Shown: positions 30,158 to 44,200 of the stretch, one piece after another
Position numbering within the stretch: the stretch's first letter is position 1
Layout: every line of letters starts with the position of its first letter
DNA from: Auanema rhodensis
Taxonomy: Eukaryota; Animalia; Nematoda
NCBI GenBank assembly: GCA_964057225.1
Contig: OZ059895.1
Location: 14,198,001 to 14,262,000 of the forward strand
DNA length: 64,000 nt
Reading direction: 5' to 3'
Program-made: the position numbers and the translations under genes
The notes under the pieces: model-generated
Seen by the model: the letters and a program-made list of their open reading frames with translations, nothing else
Told to the model about the DNA's origin: nothing
Databases searched by the model: none

Positions 30158-32400
30158 CTAACTGCGACTATATTCAAGAAGCGATGTTTTTTTCTGCAGC
30201 GAACCTATCAATGTTTGAGACGAACAATTATTAATCTGTAATGAGAAAATCAAAAACCACGAACGAAACTAATGGTCACCTTAACAACCACGTAATCACC
30301 AGGACAGATATCATCTGCACGGTTGAAAACTACTTTTGTGCCCCCATCACAGCGTCCTTGCATATGTTCAATAGATCTCTTCGATGTCTGAAAAAAAATA
30401 TCTCTGAGATAATCATCTTTGTATACACTAACCCCTTCCACCAACACAAGTTGGGTACTTCCTATCAAACTCGAATGCAAGGATAAAGAAGTTTCGCGAA
30501 AAACTGCAGCTAACTCTTCATGTCTTCTTTTTTTTATTTCAGCGGGAACATCATCTACAAGGCGATGATGGGCTCTTGTTTTCTAAATGTCATCATAACT
30601 TCAGCAAGAATTTGGTTAAAATGAACATACCCCACGCATACTGTACGGAAAAACATAACAGAAAGAATATCTAACAGTCCTAATAAGATCTAAAGTTTGT
30701 TGATGAGCTTCCTCTGTTTCGCCACAGAATCCAGCAATAAAATCACTAGTTATAGAAACATCTAAAAAAGATTCTGATTAAGATTATGCTTCATTATGGC
30801 CCCACCTGGTAACACTCTACGAACATCTTCTACCAAATTTATATATGCCTCTCGAGTATATCCCCGTCCCATTCTCTCAAGAGTTGCATTGTCCCCACTT
30901 TGAGCGGGCATGTGAAGCTGATTGCATATATTCGGCCTATCGCGAATAAGTTGAATTACCTGCAGTTAGAAACAAATAATTTCCAAAGTTAATTATCGAA
31001 GCCTACTTCAAACGGGAAATCCTTTGGATGAGGCGATGTGAATCGGATCCTCATCTCAGGATCTATTTCCGATACTTTTTCTAGTAGCGTTGTGAATGTT
31101 CTACCACCTTCCTTTGGCCTATGAAATCAAACTAGCTTTTTTTTTTCTAAATACAGATAAATCCTACTTGTATACTGTGGAAAAACCTTGTACACTTTCT
31201 GTAACAACAGGTGTAATGTTATGAATAGATTCCGACATATCACGGTAACTATTCACATTTTGCCCTAGAAGAGTAATCTGTTTGTATCCCTAACAAAACA
31301 AAAAAATGTTACAAAATATAATAAACGTGTAAAAACCTCTCCACTAAGACGGCGAACCTCTTCTAATATGGAATCAATAGGCCTACTTCTTTCTCTTCCT
31401 CGAGTAAAAGGAACTACACAATATGTACACATATTGTCACAACCTCTCATGATGGACCTGAAAACAAAATATTTAGAATAATTTATAGATTAATAAACTT
31501 ACACAAATGCAGTTCGTGTTTCCTGATCCACTCTTACCGGGGTAACATCAGCGTATGTTTCTTCCAAAGATAACTGAACATTAATGGCATTGATACCAGA
31601 TCGGGCAACAGCTAATAATCTTGTTAAATCTTTATATGAATCCGGACCTGAAACAATATCAGTGTTCTGGTAATGAAAGGTAGCACACACCAGCTACTAC
31701 ATCTACGAGTCCTTTGCGATCAAATAGACCGTGTTTTACATTTTCTGCCATACATCCTGCAAAAAATATAGTATTTTTTAAAATTATCAATTTAATTGTA
31801 AACCTAGAACTCCAACAATTTGAGACCTTGTAGCATTTCTTTTTATTTTTTTAAGCTCTTTCCAAACTTTTTCTTCAGCCCCTTCTCTTATTGAACATGT
31901 CATTAGCAATACTATATCAGCCTACATGTTGAATTGAATATTTGGAATCATACATGAAAAATTACCAATTGACTGCTATCAGTTTCTTCATAGCCACTTT
32001 GTAACAATAACGATTTTACTATTTCAATATCATTAACATTCATTTGGCATCCATATGTCACAAATTTTACTAAAATCTAAGTTCCTATATGTTTTTGAAA
32101 TTTTCACACCTTTTCTCCCTGCGCCGTTTAAATCTTCGGCATTCAAATACGTATCTGATTCTTGTATAGACGGAGATATTTTCTTATGTCTCTGACGTCT
32201 ATGTTCAGCTACTATAAAGTCATTAAGACTCGGTCCATCTACAAACCAGCATTTCTTAATTTAAATTCAAACGAAATACCTTTCAAACGGGATCTTCGAG
32301 CTTCGCTAGCCGAAATTTCTGAGCTAGAAGCTTGTACTGAATAAAATCTACTGGCAATAGTTCTAGTACAATTTAAAATAAAATTTGTCCTTTTAATCAT
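30158..32400 (-). CDS. CDK5RAP1: CDK5RAP1/MiaB-like mitochondrial tRNA methylthiotransferase
   Basis: TYGCQMN and TCSIRE (UPF0004 domain), [13 protein letters not shown], radical-SAM CxxxCxxC ([23 protein letters not shown]), [10 protein letters not shown]-terminal TRAM domain; basic mitochondrial-type N-terminus. Confidence 0.95.
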
Positions 32401-32653
32401 TATAAAAACTTAGATATTCATAATCAACTCAGATGAAATCCTTCAAAACCCATGAGTTATGGCTGAATTTGGTCCCGGTCAGATCAGACCACAGACGACA
32501 AGGGGAGATTGATTGGGGTCAGAGACGAAGAGTAAACAGCGTGTTCTGTGATATTAACGCATTTTGTCTTATCCACTTTTGAGCAAAGGTGTTATTTACT
32601 TACTTTAATTTCTTATTATTAATATTAATATTTTCAGACATTCTTCATTGAAA

Positions 32654-35178
32654 ATGTCACGTGATAGAAAGCCAGAAAGGGAAGAACGTCGGTACGAGGA
32701 TAGAAGAAGAGTTGATAGAGAGGATGGGTACGTTATTTTTATTTACTGTGCATGATATTGATATATTTTAATGTATTGTTATTCTCTCCTACATTCAATT
32801 GGATTCTAAATTTTTTGTCTTGTGTTTTCTTCTAATGGGATTTAATTTCTTGTACTTTTCTATGGAAATAAGCGTAAAAATTGACTATAATGTCACTTAA
32901 TTTTGACTCTTTTCTTAGTATTTTACAAAATTTATTTGCCCGGCAAAACATGCTTCTTCTCTTTACTGTCTCTGTATTCTTTCACTATGCATGTTATTTT
33001 TGAAACTATTCATATTTAGCTTGTATATATTTATATAAAGCCCAGTTCATTTTTGCAGCCGGCATCGTCGTGAACATGGTAGCCCAGGGCAGGGTCGCCC
33101 TCATAGATCCACAAACGTATCCGAGAAAAGAAATCCTTCTCATCATTATGCTAATCGTAATGAAAGAGGAATGGCTAGTTTCACAGGTTCTCCTTTCTTA
33201 GAAGGAGACCTTATGGCAGAAATTCCAAAAAAGAAATTTACTGGGCGTTGTCGCCTTTTTGTTGGTAACTTACCCAATGAAGTCAGTGAAGATGAATTAA
33301 AGAAACTCTTCTCTCCTCACGGAGATATCTCTGAATGTTACCTTAGCGGAAAGGGATTCGCTTTTCTTCGATTGGTGAATATTTATTATTAACTTGAGGG
33401 GTGGATTCTTAGGTGGACTGGGTTTATTTCTGTATGATTTGGACAAGTGTGTTTTCGGACTTTAAGCTTTAACTTTGGACTCTAGCTCAACTAATCCACC
33501 CCTCACATCTTTTTCTTGGGTTTTACACTTTTTTCTTATTAGGATACAAGAGCGCATGCCGAGAGCGCCAAAGAGGCCATAGATGGAAGAGCTCTCCATG
33601 GACGTCCCATCCGTGTCCGCTTCGCCGTGCATGGCGCTGCGCTTAGAATCAAGGAATTATCTCCAACTGTTTCAAACGAAATGCTTTATCATGCTTTTGC
33701 TCATTTTGGTGATGTTGAGAGAGCCATTCATATAGTTGATGAAAAAGGAAGACCAACGGGCGAAGGAATCGTTGAATTTGAAAGAAAGGGTCCTTGTCAG
33801 GAAGCATTACAAGCCATCAGAGAAAATGTCTTCATTCTCACAGCGTAAGTATTCATGATTTTCTTTTTTTCTTGCACCATTAACAGTTACCTATCCACTG
33901 TTGATCATTTGATTGTTGATTTGACTATTGTGTATAATCTAAAAATAGGAACTCGAAGCCTATCAGTGCTGAATCATTGGAACAAAAAGATGAAGATGAC
34001 GGGTTAGCTGAACGTATGATTCTTCGCACCCCTCAATTAAACAAGTAAGCTCTTGGACTAGTTTGGACTTGTCATGTGTATCAAATATGGACTGTCTGGG
34101 CATTTTAAATTTTTTTTCGTATTGGACTAACTTAGGGAGCGTGAAGTCGGACCTCGTTTTCCTGGTCCTAATTCTTTCGAATACATTTACGGTATGAAAT
34201 GGAAGGAGTTATACGAACTGGAAAAGCAACGTCGCTCTCAGTTCGAGGAAGAGCTCCTAGAAAGTAGACGTCGTCTCGAAGCAGACATGGAAGTAGCACA
34301 TCAGGACTATCAAGCACAAATGTTGAGAGAGGGTTAGTTGTTAATTACAACTTCTTAGTGGAACTCGCGAATGATCATAATCATTCGCCTCTTTTTTGCT
34401 TTTTATCTGGACTGCTTCGCATATTTTGCTCTACTTCATTATTTAACGGTGGCAGCCTTATGAATGTGTTTCTTATTATACTTAGACATTGAATATACTT
34501 TCAATATCATAGATAATTATATGCTTTCTAGATCTTCAACGTAGGCAACAAGAATTAGAGCGCTTAGAAGCCATGAGACGCGATCGTGTGCGCGCACCAC
34601 CTGGCGGGCCTGGAGGACCAGGGGGGCCAAATGGTCCTAGTGGGCCTCATGGTGGCCCAAGCGGCCCAGGCGGACCAGGCGGACCAATGATGGGTCCTAA
34701 CTCTGAATTTAATAAACATAATAAAATGTATGGACCACCACCTGGTCCTGGTGGACCTAACGGGCCTTTTAATCAGCCACGTAAGTGTTTGAAGTAAGTA
34801 TATTTAAAAACTATATTTTCAGCATTTGGAAGACCGCCAATGGGTAATCAGTATGGAGGCCCACCAATGAACATGGGATTTAGTGGACCACCACCTTCAA
34901 ATCATCATGAAGGACATCGTGGTGGTTAGTTAGGATGATTGATTTGCATAGTTTATTTCGTTCTTTTAGGCCCAGAAAGACCAAATCAATCCAATATGTT
35001 GGAAGGTGTACAAAGATTGTTACAAATATTTAAAAATGAACCAGCAGGGCCACCATCACCAAGGGGTTAGGAAGTTCATCAGATTTCGTTTTAATTTGCC
35101 AAAAATTTAGGAGGTCCAATGTATGGTGGATATGGTGGACCGGGAGATTTTCCACCTGAAAAACGGGCTCGTCGCTAA
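32654..35178 (+). CDS. nono-1: DBHS-family (NONO/SFPQ) RNA-binding protein
   Basis: RRM1 RCRLFVGNLP..KGFAFLRL, RRM2 ERAIHIVDEKGRPTGEGIVEF, NOPS domain (EDDGLAE...GPRFPGPNSFEYIYGMKWKELY), coiled coil, Gly/Pro-rich tail, C-terminal PEKRARR*. Confidence 0.95.
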
Positions 35179-35820
35179 GCTTACCAATATTTCAGTTTTG
35201 ATCTTATGCTTTATGGTGATCACCATATAATAATAATGTACATGCTCATCTCCTTTATTTTGCAAACAATATAATTTTTTATTACGTTTTAATTTATATA
35301 ATTATTGTTCAAGGGTTGAATAAAATAATTAAAAGAGTGTAATTTATTTCTCAAAAAATTCACATTTCATGATAAAGAAGTTGAACAAATCATTATCAGT
35401 AAGAACCAAATTAATGAAACAATTCTATTTCTAATGATCGTTCCTCAACACTACGATATATACTAGTTAAAAATAATTATCTTGATATAAGTGAAAAAAG
35501 ATGCAGTCAAATAACTTTCAAATTCTTTTTTATTTTAGATTAAATATAATATTAATTGAAACTTCATAGAAAGAACTTCTAATTCTCATTAGTGAAAGAA
35601 CAAGAATATATGAATTACGAACGAAAAATAAGATTGAAAACAATTTCTCTGTGCTAGGAGTCTTATTTCAATCTCAAGAATTCCTTCACCCACCGGTCTT
35701 CCATTTTCATCAACTATATGAATAGCTAACCACTATTTGCACTTGTAATCACGTCCTCGATATCTTTCATTTCTGTGCTTCCGTACCGTCGCCACCATCA
35801 ACATGTGTACATTTAAATTC

Positions 35821-35905
35821 CCCGCCCACCTCTGTGACGCGGCTATCAGACCCGGCTGTATGCTCTGGACTCGGCTGTGCGACGCGGCTAAAAAGGCGGA
35901 GCTTG
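35821..35905 (+). promoter_or_regulatory. GC-rich dlc-1 promoter module: CCCGCCCAC, 4x GACNCGGCT, GGCGGAGC
   Basis: Direct motif repeats ~330-410 bp upstream of the dlc-1 ATG, in AT-rich context. Confidence 0.55.
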
Positions 35906-36234
35906 CACTCGTGGCGCCATCACGGCCACTCTAGAACATTGGCTCGTTTAGTATTATTTCACTCAGAAATGACTTCAGTAAAATATTTTTTCTTACATTA
36001 TTATCTTTTGCTGAGCTGTGTTATGCTTACATATCGCTTTCTTTTATGTTAACTTCCCTTTGTGATTGTTCCATGTGCTATCACCTTTTTTTATCATTGA
36101 ATTGAGAATGACGTTATCTCAAAGCTATATGTTCCATATACTATAAGATGTTCAATTATTTTCATTTTTCTCTTTTACTGCTTTTCGTATCATTGTTTTC
36201 TCGTATTATGTTATATTTTGTTTGTTGCAGAAAA

Positions 36235-36667
<433 letters not shown>

Positions 36668-37340
36668 TTTTGAGTTTTTATGATTGTGTTTCTCATGTGA
36701 TGATCTTCTTATATAAAGCTACCCGCATTGGGCATAAATATTCTAATGTTTTTGTGAAGATAATGATTTGAGATGGGGTAGATAAAATTTGAAATAGCCA
36801 GAGTTTTCTGATTAATATTAACACAGTTAACATGTGAACAGATGAATTGAAGGTATTCGTAGTGGAACTCAAATATCTTCTATAAATACAACCGGCCAGC
36901 AGCGTACAAAAGTTGAATCAGCTGCAGCTGCATTGTTGAAAAATCTTTTAATTTAGGTTGCTCCGTTTGCAGAATGTGGATGGCCAAAAAGGATGCGTGA
37001 TCAAGCTACAGCAAGTGCTCACCGTGTTTGAGTTTAGTGATTTGTTCTTAAAGTTTGGATAAGTTTTTTTTTAAAAATGTGGACAACGTTCAATCATCTT
37101 AGACTTGTTTGGATAAAGGATAGGTTGATGACAGACGAAAAAAACTCTTTTCTTTGAATCATCAATTATGCTCTAATACCAATATCAGTATAACAATAAG
37201 TAATAGCACTTGCTAGTTGTCTTATCCTAGATGAAAATGTTGGTTGAAGACATGGAAGCAAAACGAAAATTCTTTATTATTTATTAGAATGAATTAATTG
37301 TTTCTAAGAAAATCACAGTTGCTGAAATATGATATGAAAT

Positions 37341-40300
37341 TTAAAACATTCCTCCTCTTCGTTTGCGATCAGCTCCTCTTTTCTTCATATCATTCTTATG
37401 CTTTTCTTTCATCTGTCTTTCTCGACCACCCGTGTAGTTGGAAGGGCGTGAAGACACTGGTGCGCCGTCTGTAAGTTAATGATACGATAGTGTCTATTAA
37501 GATATAACTGAATGTATTCCAGGGTATATTTTTTCGGAAGCGTCATCAAATTTCATGTCCTGTTCAAAACGAAATGAGTGAAAGTGCTGAACAAATATCT
37601 CGTATTCTTATCGAACGTTTTTTATGTAAAGCTATCTGCTCTCAAAAGTTTGAACCTAGTTTCCAAGACAATATAGATCTTTACAAATGGTTTTAAGAAA
37701 AGGTTACCAGGTGTTGCTGCAGGGGCTCCTCTTCCTCGCCCTCGATATCCTCTCGTTGGATTTCCTCCTCTTCTTACACCATTATCACTATTGGAAACAG
37801 CTGGTGCTCTGTCATCATTATCTTCATCATCCTCATCTCCATCTGATTTTGGCAGATCTTCGCTAAACATTTCTTGGTAACCGAATGAAAATCCGAAAAA
37901 AGCTTACTTCAGAGGTTCAACTTGGAATTCCCTAGCTTCATAACCATCATCATACTCGTCGTTATAAAGGTCGTCTTCAAACACACTTTCCATTTTATAA
38001 CTTTCGTATGTAGGACGGGTAGCAATCCTATCTTTTTCAGTGACTTTAAACTTAGTAATGCCATGTCTGAAAGTGCCATATATTAATAATCAGCTGCCTT
38101 ACTTGAAAGTCACTTTTTCGAAGAGGCCATGGGAATCAAAACTTCACCATGAAGTCCTTCCTGAGTCTTGTTAGAGCTCTCATTAGGTACTTCTTCTGGT
38201 ATGCTTGTTTTCAATCGATTCAAGCTTCTCCTAAGCTGTTCCATTGCCTATATTAATCAGTTTTTTGTTATTTTGGATATATATGTTCATGCAAACCTGC
38301 TCAATGTTATCAAACAAATCTGGTGGGGATTTCACAACATCTTCTTTTTTTGGAGGCGCTAAGCTGAATAAACCCTTAAAAGAAAAAATGTTAGCTGATT
38401 CTTAAAAATCTGAATGAACAACTTTAAACATGTTTGTTGAGCTTGAAGCATGATTTGGAGCGTCAACAACAGATCTTTCCGGACATGGTATTGCATTAGC
38501 AACAGCATCTGATGATAAAGAGTATATTTTGAGTGAACTAATTCAATTACCATGATCACTGAACGATAAACAAGGAAGTATCTGTTGAGTATTGCCATCT
38601 GGTCGCTGTAAATCAGCATTCTCCACTGTTAGGAGATCAAGAGGAAGAAAAGCTTCTTTCTGTACAAGTGCTTCAATAGCCTCCGTTGAGGAAAAATTGA
38701 AATGACGAAGCAGTAGCTGAAACACGACCGATTTCAAAATTCAAAAAAATGACTTCGAGCAAAATTATTTTAGTTTTTTAGCTGTTGGTAGGCGGCTGCT
38801 CACACAATTTTACTAACTTTCACGGTAAATGAATCTATTAACCCGTTACACCCTAAGAAATGAATTTGGTTTAGATGCTAGAGTTTCCTTTCCCCATAGA
38901 TCCAGCAACACAAAAATATACATTCGAATATACTGACCCTAAACCGATTTCTCCTGTTCGGCTGTCACCTGACAATCCTACATATCGTATGCTTTTCAAA
39001 TCATTAGTCATGAAAAAAATGTATTTGTTTTAGAGTTCATAGAGATATTAAATTTATTTGAAGTTTCATGTAAAAAGTTACTTTCTCAAAAAAAATCTCC
39101 GAGCTTAAGAGATTCTGTTTTGCTGCGAAATATGTGTAACCGATTATTGGATCATCTTCAAAAACTATTGAATGTTGATATTTTCAATTAGAGAGGTTAG
39201 TAAGATTTCGTAATAATTGAAAAAGTTTGAAATTCAAACATACGTGAACAAAAGCTGGTGTTAAGTCTGGGAAGATATCCAATATTTCTTGAACAGAATT
39301 CTTTTGGGATTGATTTAATGCTTCGAAGTTTCCGAGATTCTAAAAATTTGATATTTCAGACTGAATGCAAACTAACATCTTCACAATTAAATATATTTTA
39401 CTAACTACTATTTGTTTCTATATTCTATTGAATAAACTTTTCACCTTAAGTAATCCTAACTTTGCAAGTTTTTGAAATGTTTTCTCGATTTGAACTAATG
39501 ATATTCCTTCAACTAGATTTTGGTATTGATGTACTTTATCTGGGCAATCTTGCAGAAAATTGATAATATCATATTTTTTATGAAGGACAAAGATGAACCT
39601 GAAATCAAAATCAAATCTCTAACAATCCCGAAATTTCAGATAAAAGATAGTTAGATTACCTTTCATTGATAGCAGCATCAGAAATTAATTTAAATCTCGA
39701 TTCAGTTGTCTTCAAGTTTGATAGCAACGTTTTGAACAAAGAAACAGCTTCATATTCAATCATGGACATAAGTCTAAGGAGCCGCCTAAAAGAAGGAAAA
39801 TTTATTATTTCTCGATGAATTAAGTAAATACTTTTGAGGATTGAAAGGTAAATTCATAGAAATATCGAAAATATCCTCAATTTGTAAGGTGGACGATATA
39901 ATTTCTACAAGTTCTGGTAATCTGAAGATAATAAATTAATATATATTTGACAGAACTTGGTAAGCTAACCCTGCAACGAAGTCAACTATCCTTGTTAAAG
40001 TCAAAGAACTTTTTTCTAAGACTTGGAATGTTATATGAGTGACATATATATGATTGAGGACTGTTATCAAGTACTCGTCGATCAATTTGGCGTATTGGTA
40101 TTTCTTATAATTATGATTTCTTTTAAAACCTTTCAACAACACGTCTACATACTCTCCTAAGCGTCCATTCATCTAAAGTCAATTAGTCATATTTTATTTC
40201 TACGAATATCCTACTTCTCCTAAACTACTTGTGAAAGCTGGAATTTCCTTTTTGTGCCATTCACTTAGTTTTGATCTATAGTTGACTATCTAAATCTTTT

Positions 40301-40997
40301 CTAATACAAGCATTTTAAAATATGTTATTATACCTTAACAAAAAGATTTGTGTTGCTAGGGAAGTGTGCCCAAACACTTGTTTCTAATGCAAAAGACATC
40401 ACATTTTCTTGTCTAATTATTTCCAACCATTGCTTTTGACCTAAGTCAGAATCCTATAATTATAAAAAAAATAATCAGAATGCTTGGTGGAATAGAACCA
40501 TAATTTCGTTATAATTCGCTATTCTTAGATATAATCCAAGAAGAATTGTTCTTAGATGACAAGCTGTTCGAGAGATATGTTCTTCCCATTCGTAAAAAGC
40601 ATGAAATAGCTCCTGGTCAAGAACACTAAAACAAAAATATTTTTATGAACCGCATAAAACCCAATAATAATAAAACTCACGTTGGTAAGCTGTTCAGAGC
40701 CGCCGAAAAAGCTTGTTGAAAATTGGGACTATGGACTACGGTACTCCAAAATATGTCAGAAAGAGAGCTTAGAAGACTAAATCTGTGGTTAAAGGATTTG
40801 CTGGGCAATTAAGAAACAACCTTTCAAATGAAACAATCAGTTTTTTAGCTTCATCATTCCAACTATTCAACTCTTCGTATGTTACTCCGATACTACATTT
40901 TTCCAAAATAATAAATTGTTTTCCATAAACTTTGTCCTAAAAAGAAAAAAAACGAAAAATTTGATTAAGTAGCTTAATGCTTGTTTACCAATATCAT
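37341..40997 (-). CDS. ASCC2: ASCC2-like CUE-domain protein
   Basis: N-term LLSSLSDIFWSTVVHSPNFQQAF; CUE domain (VQEILDIFPDLTPAFVHLLLRHF...EAIEAL); acidic DLYNDEYDDGYE; RGG stretch; C-term KKRGADRKRRGGMF*. Start inferred as MIL|DKVY at 40997. Confidence 0.85.
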
Positions 40998-41246
40998 ATC
41001 TATTGCACTCCAAATAAATATTCCAAAGTTTTTCTATAAACTCTACAGAAAAATAGCTGATTATAGACAAATGCGAAGATAAATTTGGAAAATATGACTT
41101 TGACTGAACTTTCATAAAAAAATAAAAAAATAAAATAATAAAGTATTTAGTTCAATTAATTTGATAACAATACATATAACAAACAAGTAATCAACAATTA
41201 TCCACTAAAGGATATAACAACAAATTTCAACAAAAATAAAAAATTC

Positions 41247-44200
41247 TTAAACATAATGCTTATTTCTTCCCATTTTCTGAGTTTTATTTTCTATTGGTGG
41301 CCACATTAATGTGATTTCTGAGTGCAATGATTCTGGAGCCCAGTCTAAGTATTGCTCCAACAAAAAGTTTTCATCCTTATGAAATTCTTCGACAAGTGCA
41401 GCACGGGTACAAATCTGTAAAAAATTAAAATAAGGTTTAATCCAAAAATTTTTCAAAACTTACATCCTTTTCAATAAGAGCATTCAACAGATTTTCTGTT
41501 CTTTGTTGTAATTTAGCCCAGGACTTCACCATCGTAGTAGGGGGTGCTAATAATTTAGAAGAAAACTCAGCTAGCATAGGCAAAACCTTGAATACGTAGA
41601 CACGATTACGACATATTGTGCAATAGGTGACATACCTCTCCCTTTAATAAAAATTGACAGAAATATCTGTAATACATAATATCTTGATTGATTGGTCTAT
41701 CAGCTTTGTCAATTGCCCATTCCAGAGGACCAAATTTAACAGAAACACTTTTAACAATGCTATCACTTGTAGGACAATATCTAGAGTAAATAATCGATTT
41801 AAAGATATGATATGAGGCATAAGGTGCAACTCACCTAGGTTCAACATCTTTGTCCATAGTACCGAAATCACAATATGATTCAGCAAGCTTAGGGAACCAC
41901 TCAAAATCAACGGTCATAATAGTTTGCATACATTTTTTCTCTCCTTAAACAGAAAAAGTCACAAAAATGCATTAAGAAGAATATAACCTAGCTGTACAAT
42001 GTCCTGGTATAAGACATAATCAGGTTCTTCAGTATATATCACACTACATGGATCAATAAATACATACTCCTGTTTTGAAAAGTTAAAATTATTTTCTAAA
42101 TTCATGAAAAGTACCTTGAGTTTCATTGTTTGATAAGCTCCGCGAGGAACGTCCTCATCCGTAGCAGATCGGTCAACTCGCCTTGCTATTTGATCGGCAA
42201 GTCCAGCTACCATCATTTGGCTAAACAAACATCTTAGAAAATAATAAATGATTTATATACCGAAGCATTTGAGCTTGTGCTGGGGAAGGAGGAGCAAGTT
42301 TCAAATCAAGAGGGATGTTATCAGTGTCTTTGAAAGATGTGTTAACAATATTCGTAAGTTGAGTTCTCAATCTTCGGATTTCTGTCATAGCCTTAGCTCT
42401 GAGACCTATTTTACCACAGGCTTGAGCGTCCATCTTAAAAATCAAAACTGCTATTATAAATTAAAGAAATATAAAACCTCGTAGTCTTCGCTACAAGCTA
42501 CTGCTCTCATTAGTACTAATAAATCTCCTAGTCGTCTAGGAGCTCCCTATAAAAAATCCTCAAAAACAGAAATGATAAAGTGGCTTACGCTTCCACACCA
42601 TCCTCGTCTGAGTTTCAACACCTCAGTCATCATATTCTTAGTCTCTTCTTCAGTATCACCTCTCAGTGAGTATACTGGCACAAGAGGTTCTCTTACTAAA
42701 ACCGAGATATCATATTTCAGCAAAATATGAAATTCTCACCGGATAATGCTGCTATTAAACTTATAGCATGTGGCATCAGACCATGTTGATTTGCCATTGC
42801 AATGACTTTAGCATAGGCTGGTGAAAGGGGGAAAATAGATAATGTACGACCAAGAGTAGTAATACGAGCCTCAGTCTGTAAATGTCAAGAATAATGATCT
42901 GTTTATATCCCTTAGAGCCTACTTTTCCATTTCTGGTTGTAGTAGCTAGAGCATCTAATTTAATTAGTCGATTCTCAGCTGCTTCAAGAATTTCAGAATC
43001 TGGTGGTGAAGGGAAGGGGAAGTTTATTACCTGAATGTGCAATTGAACTATAATACTTGACCTAAACTAAACCTTCACAATATTCATGGACTTTAAATGA
43101 AGTACAAGTTGATCAGCAGGTTTATCTAAGATTTCAGGTCTTGAGAACTTTTGCAAGTCTTGGAAAATAGCAGATGAGAATAATCTGAAAATAATTCATA
43201 AAACTTTTAAAAAATTCAAATTCAAAAACATCCGTAATACATATCTACTACTTGAAAAGTACTATGTGTCATATCATAAAAAACTAAAATAAAATACCTA
43301 TAAGCATGACCAGCAGAAATTCTACCAGCTCGACCAGCTCTTTGGTCAGCAGAAGCTTGACTAATCCTAGATACAATAAACCTTGAGACTCCAGTTATGG
43401 GATCATAAAGTCTGAAGTAAATAATAATCAATATAATAAAATTTGATATAGTTACCGTCTTTTCTCGAAACCAGCGTCAACTACGTATTTTATTCCAGGA
43501 ATAGTCAAAGAGGTTTCAGCAACATTTGTAGAAATTACACAAAGTCTATAATTAATAAAATGAAAATAAACAAAGAAAGTCAAAGATGAACCGTGTTCCT
43601 TCAGGAATAGCTCCAAACACCCTCCGTTGTTTCTCCGAGGAGAGTAAGGAATACAGGGGAAGACAATACAGTGCACGAGCATCAGAAGGTGGAGGACCCA
43701 ATTTTGAATCCTGAAATAAATAGGTAATATTAGAAAATTATAAAAAAAAATGATAAACTCACTGAAATATCTTCATTGGCAAATTCTTCATCATAGTCGT
43801 CCCAAACATCTCCTCCGACTCCACTTTCAAGAAGATCTTCACCATCTACGTTTTCTATTTCCTAAAAACATGCAAAAGTTTAAAATATTATTTATAATTT
43901 GAGTCAAACATTCTGAGCAGTCTGTTGGAAATCTTCCAATTTTAAGTTTTTAACTTCTTCAATCTTTTTAGTTTTCCATTTCTTTCCTCCTTTGACAAGC
44001 ATTTCTCCCCCTTTCTTCTCGAATTGAATCTAAAACCCTTATATAGAGAAAGAAGAAGGCTAAGTTATACCGGATAACGAGCTATCAATTTATTAACAAG
44101 TTGGCGAACTTCTTGTTGTCCACTTACAAATATTAATATACCACCCTCAGGCAAGCTTTCATGAATTCGACAAGTCTAGAACAATGGAAGTAAAAATAAA

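Noticed and set aside
40882-41115. ORF-track ATG at 41115 as the ASCC2 start
   Set aside because: Out of frame with the ASCC2-like exon 2 and lies in the U-rich intercistronic region.
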